DNA of 64,000 bases from Opitutales bacterium (GCA_965197745.1 CBDANS010000007.1:864001-928000), one strand, 5' to 3'. Shown: positions 43,953 through 53,415, counted from the first letter of the stretch. Notes: generated by a model from the sequence alone, not told the origin. Translations and numbers: made by a program.

Positions 43953-44786
43953 ATGGCCCTTCAAATTGACAGTCAACTTCCACTCAACGATGGACATTTC
44001 ATACCTCGACTGGGACTGGGAGTATATGAGATGCGATCGGGTGCAAAATCGGTTGAAACTATCGCCTATGCGCTAAAAGAAGGTTACCGGCATCTTGATA
44101 CCGCCAGTTTATATAAAAATGAAGCCGAAGTTGGTGAGGCGGTGCGTGCCTCAGGATTGAATCGTGAAGATGTTTTTGTGACGACAAAACTTTGGAACAG
44201 TGATCACGGTTATGATTCCGCTTTGAAAGCTTTTGAAATTAGCCTTAATTTGATGAAACTCGATTATGTTGACCTCTACCTTATCCACTGGCCTGTTACG
44301 CAAGGCCGACTGGAATCGTGGAAAGCACTCGAGAAACTACACGAAGAGGGTAGTTGCAAGTCGATCGGGGTGAGTAATTATATGGTCAGTCATATAGAGG
44401 AACTTCTTAAAGAGGTGACGGTTGTTCCAGCAGTTAATCAAATTGAACTCCATCCCTTTAATTATACACACCGTAAACCAGTGATCGAATGCTGTCAGGA
44501 ACACAATATCGGTGTTGAATGTTATAGCCCGTTGACAAAAGGAATGCGATTGGGTGATCCAGAATTATTAAAATTCGCTGAGCGATATGATCGCTCAACC
44601 GCGCAAATGCTTATTCGTTGGGGGCTGCAGAAAGGTTTTATCACCATCCCTAAATCTGCGCGTCCCGAACGTATTCTCGAAAATGCAAATGTATTCGACT
44701 TCTCGATCAGCAATGAGGATATGGATGCTCTCGATGCGCTCAATGAAAATTACAACTGCACCTGGGATCCGACCGATGAGCCCTGA
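43953..44786 (+). CDS. Aldo/keto reductase
   Basis: DTASLY, TTKLWN, LIHWP, IGVSNY, IPKS. Confidence 0.93.
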   Translation: MALQIDSQLPLNDGHFIPRLGLGVYEMRSGAKSVETIAYALKEGYRHLDTASLYKNEAEVGEAVRASGLNREDVFVTTKLWNSDHGYDSALKAFEISLNLMKLDYVDLYLIHWPVTQGRLESWKALEKLHEEGSCKSIGVSNYMVSHIEELLKEVTVVPAVNQIELHPFNYTHRKPVIECCQEHNIGVECYSPLTKGMRLGDPELLKFAERYDRSTAQMLIRWGLQKGFITIPKSARPERILENANVFDFSISNEDMDALDALNENYNCTWDPTDEP

Positions 44787-44817
44787 AGCAGGGCCCACCG
44801 TTTTTTATAAAAAGGAA

Positions 44818-45762
44818 CTAAAAATTCTCCCGCGCAATTTCAGGCGCCCAGTATTCATCGAAGGCACGTTTTAATTCCAACCTCAATTGATCGGATACCG
44901 GATAATAGGGTGCACGTGTAATTCCCGAGTCTTCAAGCCATCCTGTAAGAGCCGTCCGTGCTTTTCCTGCGATTCCATGGCGATGCCCGGCATCACGTAT
45001 CGATTTAAGGTTTTTGGATTCCCAATCAAGCAGCTTTTTGTGATACTGAGTTGCTTCATCCCAGTTACCGTCCTTACAGGTATTCATATACTGTATGTGC
45101 CATTGTGGCAAAGTATTAACCCAGTAGCTGTAACAGCCCTTCGCGCCAAGCATCATGCCTACGGCCATGCTGGGATCAGTGGTGAAATGAGCGAGATGAC
45201 CGGAGTTATTCATAATCTCCGTAAGTTCACCTATAACTGATGTTGCCAGCTTGGAGCCGATAAACTGTTCCGGAAATAACCGGGCAAGACGCGCATAATC
45301 TACACCTGTTAAAGAAGGACCGCATCGTGGGTGAGCATAGTGTACCCAGCGTGCCTCTGGAGCCGCCTCAACCAGGTCTTCCCAAAATCTTTCGATATCA
45401 GTTTTTGCCAATGGCATAAAAAATGGAAAGGCGACATGAAAATTAGGGATACCGACATCACAGGCTATTTTAATTCGATCGATAATCCCCTGGGTGGAAC
45501 TCCAGGTTACTCCCATTGCGGCATCTACTCCTGTAGGTTTCATAGCCTTGCTAAAGATTTCTGCCAACTGCTGAAATTCATTTTGCTCGATAGCGTAAAA
45601 TTCCCCGTCGCTATCGGTGGTATAAATTCCATCCACTCCAGCCGACGCTAATTTTTCGCAATTTCGCTGAAGAATAGCCCCATCAATTTCTCCATGTGTC
45701 GTCCATGGTGTGGCCACGGCTGACCATAGACCTTGGAGAGTGGTGGGGTCGAGGGCTCTCAT
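44818..45762 (-). CDS. Dihydrodipicolinate synthase-family aldolase/hydratase
   Basis: ATPW, GVDGIYTTDSDGEF (variant of GxTGE), Schiff-base Lys in GSKL. Confidence 0.8.
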   Translation of the reverse strand: MRALDPTTLQGLWSAVATPWTTHGEIDGAILQRNCEKLASAGVDGIYTTDSDGEFYAIEQNEFQQLAEIFSKAMKPTGVDAAMGVTWSSTQGIIDRIKIACDVGIPNFHVAFPFFMPLAKTDIERFWEDLVEAAPEARWVHYAHPRCGPSLTGVDYARLARLFPEQFIGSKLATSVIGELTEIMNNSGHLAHFTTDPSMAVGMMLGAKGCYSYWVNTLPQWHIQYMNTCKDGNWDEATQYHKKLLDWESKNLKSIRDAGHRHGIAGKARTALTGWLEDSGITRAPYYPVSDQLRLELKRAFDEYWAPEIARENF

Positions 45763-45792
45763 GGCTCTTTATAAAAGAGCATTGAGAAGAAT

Positions 45793-47106
45793 TTAAAAGG
45801 AAAAATTGAGAGTATAATAATTGGCTATATAGCGTTCGAATGCATTTTCGACCACGACCAACTTTCGTTTGGCTAACTCCTGTTTGAAGCGCTCCGATAA
45901 AAAACCACTGACCCATATCTCTGTTTGTCCATTTCCCTGCTGGGATACTCGATCAAAATAATTCATTTTTTTGCGATCCACATCCGCATTTTCTTCGGTC
46001 CAAAATCCGTAATCAATTGAGGCGGGAATAATGCGTTTTCCCGACTTCGTATGACATACAATATATCCATGTTCAGCTTTAATGCTCACAATATTTTCGT
46101 AATTCTGATCGATCAAATATATTAGATCCGCAGTACGCTGAAAAAGGAAAGCTTCTTGAAAGCTCTCAGCCCCAAGAGCCACTTCACAGAATTCATTAAA
46201 ATTTTTAACCTGCTTGACATTAGACATTCTCCAACAAATGAGATTCTTTTGCGTTGGGGAGTACCACGGGTGACGAAGAACTTCCTTTGCTAATCGCTTA
46301 TTCAGTCTGGCTCCATCGCTGAAAAGTTTCCGATTGGCATCGGGGATTTCGTTCGGGAGCAAATCCTCGGCGAGGTCACGTACCTGATTAGATCGATTGG
46401 CAGCGCTGATGGCCATACCCGCTATTCCCATTGAGACAAATCTCAGAGGCATATTGACTGACATACCTCCAGCACAACAAGCCCAGGCAAGGTCTTTTAT
46501 CTCGTTTTGTAACTGCTCATTTGTTGAATAAGGGTCAACTGATAATTCTTGAGCGATTTCCTTTTTTGCCTTGGTGTATCCTAATAAGGCTGCAGCTGTA
46601 TTGTCTTTATAGTGCTCACCTGCTTTCACGTTCCCCCCAGACACTTTTCTTCCTGCTTTTCCAATGTAACGCGTGATGCTTTTAGGTACGTTTGCAACTG
46701 TGCCGATCGGATTGGTTATAGTATGATAGGCTCCCTGGAGAGGACTCATCGCTGCTGTAGCCATACTGTCGGTAAATACCTTTGACTGTTTAATCGCATC
46801 AATTTTAGCCAGTGCGTAAATTTCCTGCACACGAATTATCAACATGTCATTGCCAACAGCTCTGAAATAACCGAAATCCGAGTTGATATTGTAGTAGTTG
46901 GTAAATCCATCGTTGTATACAACTTCCTCTACTTCGTGGTAGGGACCTGATAGCACCGCTGCGGGCATAAGTTCGCTCGCTTTTAGAAGCGGAATTTCCT
47001 CGAATTCTTCAGGCTTTCCTTCAAGAGATCCTATCAGAGTGGCGGTACCCATTAAAATTGTGGCAACACACCTGATCATAAAACTATATCTGCTTATCAT
47101 AACCAT
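45793..47106 (-). CDS. Exported hypothetical protein
   Basis: 437-aa ORF with a signal-like N-terminus; no catalytic motif recognised. Confidence 0.7.
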   Translation of the reverse strand: MVMISRYSFMIRCVATILMGTATLIGSLEGKPEEFEEIPLLKASELMPAAVLSGPYHEVEEVVYNDGFTNYYNINSDFGYFRAVGNDMLIIRVQEIYALAKIDAIKQSKVFTDSMATAAMSPLQGAYHTITNPIGTVANVPKSITRYIGKAGRKVSGGNVKAGEHYKDNTAAALLGYTKAKKEIAQELSVDPYSTNEQLQNEIKDLAWACCAGGMSVNMPLRFVSMGIAGMAISAANRSNQVRDLAEDLLPNEIPDANRKLFSDGARLNKRLAKEVLRHPWYSPTQKNLICWRMSNVKQVKNFNEFCEVALGAESFQEAFLFQRTADLIYLIDQNYENIVSIKAEHGYIVCHTKSGKRIIPASIDYGFWTEENADVDRKKMNYFDRVSQQGNGQTEIWVSGFLSERFKQELAKRKLVVVENAFERYIANYYTLNFSF

Positions 47107-47228
47107 CCTATCCCCTCTAGAAGACGTATTATTAAATATTAATGGGGATATTGTGGCAAGGATATCACTTTAACACGGGTAAGTTTTACGTTTTGCTTAC
47201 AATTGAATGAAAGGGTGTTTCATTATTG

Positions 47229-47506
47229 CGGTCACGACGACGCGTGGCCGTTGTTGTAATTTTTAAACCAAGAGAATAAATTGAGGGACGCGCAAGGCCT
47301 GTCGGCTATCTTAATTCGGGACGAAGAGACAGAGGCAGACCCGTCTTCGTCTCGCGATCACGAGACTACGTCGTGGCAAGCGAAGACGAAAGATTATTAA
47401 TGATATCATTCCCATCCAATCATCCAACCTTCCACTTTAGTGCTTTTTGTGCCTTTGAAAGATCTCGCTACGCTCGGTAGTGGCTATTCTAATCGAAGAC
47501 GAAGAG
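47229..47506. repeat. Composite intergenic repeat cluster (families A, B, TCCAATCA octamers, GTGCTTTTT/GTGGCTAT, 26-nt unit)
   Basis: Each component matches a copy elsewhere in the window (33628, 42681, 29925, 61669, 61711). Confidence 0.75.
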
Positions 47507-47541
47507 TAAAATAAAAAGACACGCCAAGAATCGATTTCAAA

Positions 47542-48765
47542 TCATTTCTTTACGGTCTCGGATTTTGGAAGGATGGCATCTAATTTTCCCCCTAATGATC
47601 TTAAGGTCAGGTCCAGGTTTTCAGTGGTAAATCCAGAAACACTGTGGAGCTCTTTGCGAAATGTTGGATATAAGGGGGCGGCTTCAGCAAACTCGGATAG
47701 GGTGTAGGTTTTCTCGTAAGGAGAGAGTAAATAAAGAGGGGGGCTGTCATGCGGAAGTAGTTTTTTGATATAGAGGGCATCGCTTGAAATGAAATTTAAG
47801 AATTTATACGCGGCGTCCACCTTTTCCTTACTCAATTGGGAGTTCAGTACAAAAGTATCGACCCACGCTAAGCTGGTAGTCGATTCCATTCCCTGGTTAA
47901 AAATTGAAACGGTTATATTAGCGGGATCTAAGACGGGAGTTGGTTCAGTAGGTCTTTCGATCTCCTTAAGAATATAGTACATTCTCTCACTGTAACCTAC
48001 GAGAGCTCTACCCCTGGCGTGGGTAAATTCGTGAGTTTGAATCGGTGGCCAGACATTAAATAATTTTTCAGATCGGCTGATGCCGTGATCGGTCAGGGAC
48101 AAAAGTTCCTTCATCGCCATTACGGCCGGTGAGTAAAGTGTCCCGGTCTCAAGTGTAGCCATCGTCTCTTTTACCGTAAGGCCAAGATCAAACAGGCAGT
48201 CGACGTAGAGTTCACCGAGGGTGTATTGCTCTCCCATATACAGCAAAAGGCCTCTCCCCTTTTGGGGTGTTTTACCAATAGCGTTCACTAACGAGGCTCG
48301 ACTTGTCACTGATTGAACTTCTCTATCATTTTTCAAATGAAAGAGAAAAAGGGCGCAAACCCAGTGAGGAACGCCATACAGTTTATCGTCGTATTGGGAA
48401 GCTTCGAGGCAGAAGGGTAGACTGTCATTTCGGATATGAAGTCTGGTTAGATCAAGTTCTCGAACACGCCCTGCTTTGATGAAATCGGCCAAAAAAACTG
48501 TATCCAGTTCATATATATCGTAGTTTTTATCCAGTCCACTTGCGTTGTAATAATCCCAATTCTGTTCGCTAATTATTATATCAATATTTTCGTGCCTGGA
48601 TTCGAACTCGCTCTCTACTACTCGCCTTATGTGTTTGTAATCGGGCACGTAGGGATACAAGAGTACCGTCAATTGAGTTTTACGTGGCTGTCCTTGAGTG
48701 TGACCGGAAATGACCACCATCACCATTAGGAAAATAATGAACGCAGCATTTAAGGTTTTTCTCAT
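47542..48765 (-). CDS. Thiaminase I (thiamine pyridinylase) homologue
   Basis: LYPYVPD, WDYY, ELDTVFL, YGVPHWVC (nucleophile Cys), GRALVGYSE (general base Glu), YLL. These match Paenibacillus thiaminolyticus thiaminase I motifs as I recall them. Signal peptide present. Confidence 0.8.
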   Translation of the reverse strand: MRKTLNAAFIIFLMVMVVISGHTQGQPRKTQLTVLLYPYVPDYKHIRRVVESEFESRHENIDIIISEQNWDYYNASGLDKNYDIYELDTVFLADFIKAGRVRELDLTRLHIRNDSLPFCLEASQYDDKLYGVPHWVCALFLFHLKNDREVQSVTSRASLVNAIGKTPQKGRGLLLYMGEQYTLGELYVDCLFDLGLTVKETMATLETGTLYSPAVMAMKELLSLTDHGISRSEKLFNVWPPIQTHEFTHARGRALVGYSERMYYILKEIERPTEPTPVLDPANITVSIFNQGMESTTSLAWVDTFVLNSQLSKEKVDAAYKFLNFISSDALYIKKLLPHDSPPLYLLSPYEKTYTLSEFAEAAPLYPTFRKELHSVSGFTTENLDLTLRSLGGKLDAILPKSETVKK

Positions 48766-48829
48766 CGTAGGGATACTAGATTTATTAAGGACAGAATAGG
48801 GTCAATAGCGAAGACGCAGATTATAAATA

Positions 48830-48858
48830 ATGTCGCTAAAAATTAATATATGTCGCTA
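48830..48858 (+). promoter_or_regulatory. Direct repeat ATGTCGCTA x2 (20-nt period), candidate regulator binding site
   Basis: Copies at 48830-48838 and 48850-48858 in the divergent thiaminase / REC-AraC-REC promoter region. Confidence 0.5.
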
Positions 48859-48926
48859 TGGAACAAATATAGACAATTGAAAAACTAAAAGATCTGATTA
48901 TTCTTAATCAATAAGACCAACTGTAA

Positions 48927-49316
48927 ATGCCCCCAAAACCTACAAAATTAATGAAATCTATCCTTATTGTAGAAGATGATGAAGTCTTACTGAAATCGAT
49001 ATCGATGGTGCTGGAGTCAGAAGGATATAAAGTGTCCTCCGGCTCTAACGGGCAGGAAGCTAAAGATCAATTAGAAGAATCAACGCCCGATCTCATTATT
49101 ACCGATATTATCATGGATGACATTGATGGATTTGAGGTTATTATACATGCAAAAAAACAAAGCCCTCAAACAAAATTAATTGTAATATCGGGGGGTGGTA
49201 TCGTTGATCCTAAACGATACCTGGCAACCGCTGAAAGCTTAGGGGTGGAATGTACGATGAAAAAACCATTTTCATTGGATGAATTAAGGGATGCAGTGAA
49301 AGGATTGCTTGAATAA
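48927..49316 (+). CDS. CheY-like single-domain response regulator
   Basis: ILIVEDD, PDLIITDIIM, ISGGG, KKPF. Confidence 0.88.
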   Translation: MPPKPTKLMKSILIVEDDEVLLKSISMVLESEGYKVSSGSNGQEAKDQLEESTPDLIITDIIMDDIDGFEVIIHAKKQSPQTKLIVISGGGIVDPKRYLATAESLGVECTMKKPFSLDELRDAVKGLLE

Positions 49317-49344
49317 AATAAATGATGCAAGTTACTGGTGAAAT

Positions 49345-49716
49345 TTGGTTGCGGTTGTGAAAAGACACTGGAGATTAAATCATCTGGATCGGGCACTTCA
49401 CTGGTTGCGAATGTCCAGTCTGGCAGATTACAATGCGCATAAATTGGCTGCATTAACGGGAATAACGGTGCGTCAATTAGAACGTTACTTTTTCAATGAT
49501 TTCAGTCGTAGTCCCCAGGATTGGTTGAATGAACAGAGAATGATCGCAGCGCGTTATCTTTTATTGGAATCGAGTTCCATTAAATCAGTCGCTCTCCATC
49601 TCGGATTTAAAGAACCCTCCCATTTTACTCATGTATTTAAAGATTATTATGGTATTAGTCCGTCAAAATATATAGAGTCTCAAACTAATTTATACCCTGA
49701 AGTCGCTGATGAATAA
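49345..49716 (+). CDS. Small AraC-family protein (double HTH only)
   Basis: LAALTGITVRQLERYF...SP..W; IKSVALHLGFKEPSHFTHVFKDYYGISPS; start uncertain. Confidence 0.85.
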   Translation: MVAVVKRHWRLNHLDRALHWLRMSSLADYNAHKLAALTGITVRQLERYFFNDFSRSPQDWLNEQRMIAARYLLLESSSIKSVALHLGFKEPSHFTHVFKDYYGISPSKYIESQTNLYPEVADE

Positions 49717-50158
49717 AAAAATATACATCATCGAAGATGACGAGTTGACGCAAAAAATGATCCGTATGGTCATTTCCAAATTCTTTGAAAACGCTGAGCT
49801 GGTTGGTTCTCATACAAACGGGCAGCAGGGATTGAGCGAATGTATAGCGTTACAACCGGATCTTGCGATCGTTGATATTCGGTTGCCCGATGTAAACGGG
49901 TTAGAAATATTGCATATTCTGAAAAAAAGAATGCCCCATACAAAAGTATTAATCTATTCAGGAATTCTCAGACCAAGTACCGTTAAGCGTGCCTATTTCG
50001 GAAACGCGGATGGGATACTTGAGAAGTCGGGGTCCGTGGAAGAATTAAAAATAGCTATCGAAAAATTATTATCGGGTGATTCCTACTACAGTCGGAATGT
50101 TACAGAGGACACTTTGCCCCATAATGCTGTCCCGCCATTTGTAGAATCAGAAATATAG
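49709..50158 (+). CDS. Stand-alone NarL-type receiver
   Basis: Close paralogue of 5099-5557 (PDLAIVDIRLPDVNGLEILHILKKR); overlaps the AraC stop by 8 nt. Confidence 0.88.
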   Translation: MNKKIYIIEDDELTQKMIRMVISKFFENAELVGSHTNGQQGLSECIALQPDLAIVDIRLPDVNGLEILHILKKRMPHTKVLIYSGILRPSTVKRAYFGNADGILEKSGSVEELKIAIEKLLSGDSYYSRNVTEDTLPHNAVPPFVESEI

Positions 50159-50266
50159 TATCCCCCATTCCGCGAGTATCCTATCCATTGGTGTGATCGC
50201 AGTGTGACGTGAACTTTATGGCATTAGGATAAGTTGGACAATCAGGTGTACACCGACATTCTCTGC

Positions 50267-50713
50267 TTAGGAATGATGGGGCTTCCTTAGTAGAACGTAA
50301 CGATCCTCTTCCTGACGGTAATAACCCTTCACAAGTTTTCTCTCGTTGAACCCCCATTTTTCATAGAGGGATATCGCTGCATCATTGACGGGATCGACAG
50401 TCAGAAATGTGCACAGGTTTTGTCGGTCAATATCTATGAGCAGATGCTCAAACAGTTTGCTTCCTATTCCTTCTCCCCTGAAGGCTTTTTTTACAAAGAC
50501 CTTATGAATGCAATAATGCCCGTTTTTGCACGGAAACGCCAATATAGCGCCTACAATCCGTGATTCAATTTCAGCGCAAATGACAGACGCATGTTCCATC
50601 CAGATTCTCCATACATGTTCCCCGTCTGGAATGAATTCATAATCTTGCCAGACTTCTCGATCCAGTGCAGCAATTTTAAGAAAGTCTTCCGGGTCAGCCC
50701 ATTTAATTTTCAT
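50267..50713 (-). CDS. GNAT acetyltransferase
   Basis: RGEGIGSKL, NDAAISLYEKWGF. Confidence 0.88.
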   Translation of the reverse strand: MKIKWADPEDFLKIAALDREVWQDYEFIPDGEHVWRIWMEHASVICAEIESRIVGAILAFPCKNGHYCIHKVFVKKAFRGEGIGSKLFEHLLIDIDRQNLCTFLTVDPVNDAAISLYEKWGFNERKLVKGYYRQEEDRYVLLRKPHHS

Positions 50714-50953
50714 TATTTGAGGTTCTTTTTATTTTGATTTTCATTTTTGGTGGCACCTTATTATATACAGCTATTGCGCGACATGATAATGCACCTGCTT
50801 ATCGGCTAGTTGTATTATAATAGACGGACATCTCAATACCTATTATCGCAAAAAGATAACTCGATATTTCCAACAGCCACTGAGTCCTGAATGGAATATT
50901 TCTCAATGCGTGTGTAAATTGAGTTATACCGATTGGGTAAACTTTTATCGTAA

Positions 50954-51376
50954 TTAATAATTTAGATAAAATTCGGTAAATACGGGTGTAGATTGAAAAG
51001 TGCTACCGGCGCTCATAACGTTATTAAACCCTATTGACCAATGGGTGTCATTAATGAGAAATTTGAATTTTATTTCACCTGTAGTCTCCTGCGTGGTCCA
51101 GGCCCATAGATCTGCGGCGAGATTTTCCATCGGGACTCCCTGATCCCAACTCAATCCACAACCGGCACCGCGAATATAGAGCTGGTTTCCAAAGCCGATA
51201 TCGGTCCTGGCTATGATCCTCGTTATCTCAATCGGGGGTGTCTTTTTTGTCGCTGATTGCGCTTTCTTTTTTCGTGCGGGTGTAGATTTTACTCTCCCTT
51301 TCTTTTTCACCGCTGGGGTTTTATTTAAGGCTTTTCTTGCCGTAGGTTTTTTCTTTGATGGCTTTTTACTAGGCAC
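50954..51376 (-). CDS. Lys-rich N-terminus + small CBM-like beta domain protein
   Basis: K/P/A-rich basic tail followed by DIGFGNQLYIRGAGCGLSWDQG...FKFLIND. Confidence 0.7.
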   Translation of the reverse strand: MPSKKPSKKKPTARKALNKTPAVKKKGRVKSTPARKKKAQSATKKTPPIEITRIIARTDIGFGNQLYIRGAGCGLSWDQGVPMENLAADLWAWTTQETTGEIKFKFLINDTHWSIGFNNVMSAGSTFQSTPVFTEFYLNY

Positions 51377-51797
51377 GAATCTATATAGAATTTAATGAGA
51401 AATTTTGTTAATATATAAGTATCCAATCGATAGGTGAGTTAAATCAAATGCGATTTGGTTCATATTGAATTAATGAAGCAGGTGAGTTGATAAAGGCTAC
51501 CGAATATCACCATAAAAAAGTCGGCCCAGTCATTGCTCCGAATCATAGATGAACAATTGTATACGGTTAACCCGATGAGTCAATACAAGCCGTAAATTAA
51601 TGGAGCTGCGTTTGTGCTCTTTATTGAATTGCGTATACGCATTTTAAATTTTGGTTTGATTGACGACAGACCTGGCCTACAGTTCATTAGTGCTTCCGAT
51701 TAAAGATAATCACGCATTTCAGAATCGGAGTTTAAATATTCTTTTGATCCTATCGTTATAAATATTTGTGGCAGGATCGGGCCTTGAGGAAATAATT

Positions 51798-53372
51798 ATG
51801 ACTAACGAGAATCAACCAGACTACACATCACGTGTTCCAAAATACACGTTCGCTGACACGTTGGAAGAGCAAGAGACGCAACTGAAAACGAATCCCCTGA
51901 TTCAACGGTTTGTCGAGTCACGGAGAAAGATGTCCGGGGATCCGCACCGACCGATATACCATTACGTCAACCCGGAGCACCTGCTTAATGATCCCAACGG
52001 GCTGTCCTTCTGGCAAGGCCGTTGGCACCTTTTCTACCAGGGGTACCCGCCCGAAGATTCGCGCCAGCACTGGGGACACGCCATAAGCGATGATTTGGTC
52101 CACTGGCGCGACCTTCCCTATGCGATTTATCCCAATCCGGAAGAGTGCTGTTACTCAGGTGCCTCCCTGGTTGAAGAGGACCGTGTGATTGCCATGTATC
52201 ACGGAACGAAAGTCGGCAATATGGTGGCCACTTCAAGTGACCCCTTGTTATTGAACTGGGAGAAGGTGACTGGCCAAGCGGTAATCCCTATGCTCAATCC
52301 TGATGGAACGACGCCACCTTACCGGGTATTCGATCCCTGTATCTGGAAGAAAGATGACTTCTACTACTCACTTTCAGGAGGAACATTGCCAAAGGGACCC
52401 GGTGGCAAGATAATCCGCGCCAATTTTCTGTTTCGTTCAAAAGACCTGGCGAGCTGGGAGTATCTGCACCCCTTCGTTGAGGATGACCATTTCACTCTGG
52501 TTGGCGATGACGGAGCATGTCCCTACTTCTGGCCCATCGGGGACCGTCACATGCTTTTATTCTTCAGTCACATGAGTGGTGGACAATACCTCTTGGGTGA
52601 CTATGATGAGCAACGTGACAAATTCGTTGTCACCAATCATGCGAAATTCAATTTTGGGTCGTATCGCCCGGCGGGTGTACATGCGCCATCCGCGACACCT
52701 GACGGTGAAGGCGGAATCATCGTGATCTTCAACATGAATCCCGGCAAGCCCACAGAAGCCTGGGATCAAATCATGACGCTACCGCGACGCCTCACGCTAA
52801 GCTCAGAAGACGAGGTGGGAATTGAGCCGGCGGGAGATCTTGAATCACTGCGCCGCGATCACCAGCGAGTCGCTTCCATGACCCTTCCCGCGAATGAAGA
52901 AGTTGTTCTGGAAAACATCCGGGGTAATGCGATGGAGATCATCGTAGAGATCGATCCGAATGACTCGCCAATGATCGAAATGAACGTGTTGCGGGCCCCG
53001 AACAAGGAGGAATTTACCCGCATTGCATTTTTCAAGGATCGGGGTTACAGGAATCGGAATCACCGAACGGGTCCTTGTTACAGCTTGATTAGTATCGATT
53101 CGTCCTATTCGTCGCTTTCACCGGATGTCCTCTCGCGCGCACCCGAGACTGGGTCGGTTGCCATCGAAGCGGACGAACCGCTTCAGCTGCGCGTCTTCAT
53201 TGATCGGAGCGTCCTTGAAGTATTCGTCAATGGCAAGCAATGTATTGCCATGCGCGTCTATCCCGACCGCGATGATAGTGTCGGTGTATCGCTGCGCTCT
53301 CAGGGTCGGAACGCTGAGCTCAAATCACTCGATGCCTGGCAGATGGAGAAGATTTATGAGCCCGCTTCCTGA
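51798..53372 (+). CDS. Glycoside hydrolase family 32-like protein
   Basis: LNDPNG, WHLFYQ, WGHAISDDL, YSG, FDP, IDRSVLEVF; RBS GAGGA upstream of ATG 51798. Confidence 0.87.
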   Translation: MTNENQPDYTSRVPKYTFADTLEEQETQLKTNPLIQRFVESRRKMSGDPHRPIYHYVNPEHLLNDPNGLSFWQGRWHLFYQGYPPEDSRQHWGHAISDDLVHWRDLPYAIYPNPEECCYSGASLVEEDRVIAMYHGTKVGNMVATSSDPLLLNWEKVTGQAVIPMLNPDGTTPPYRVFDPCIWKKDDFYYSLSGGTLPKGPGGKIIRANFLFRSKDLASWEYLHPFVEDDHFTLVGDDGACPYFWPIGDRHMLLFFSHMSGGQYLLGDYDEQRDKFVVTNHAKFNFGSYRPAGVHAPSATPDGEGGIIVIFNMNPGKPTEAWDQIMTLPRRLTLSSEDEVGIEPAGDLESLRRDHQRVASMTLPANEEVVLENIRGNAMEIIVEIDPNDSPMIEMNVLRAPNKEEFTRIAFFKDRGYRNRNHRTGPCYSLISIDSSYSSLSPDVLSRAPETGSVAIEADEPLQLRVFIDRSVLEVFVNGKQCIAMRVYPDRDDSVGVSLRSQGRNAELKSLDAWQMEKIYEPAS

Positions 53373-53415
53373 TCGGCGACTTAAGATCGCTGACTGACCG
53401 GATAGAGGTGACCTA

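Noticed and set aside
47229..47506. CRISPR array
   Set aside because: The repeats are heterogeneous, with no constant repeat-spacer period and no cas genes.
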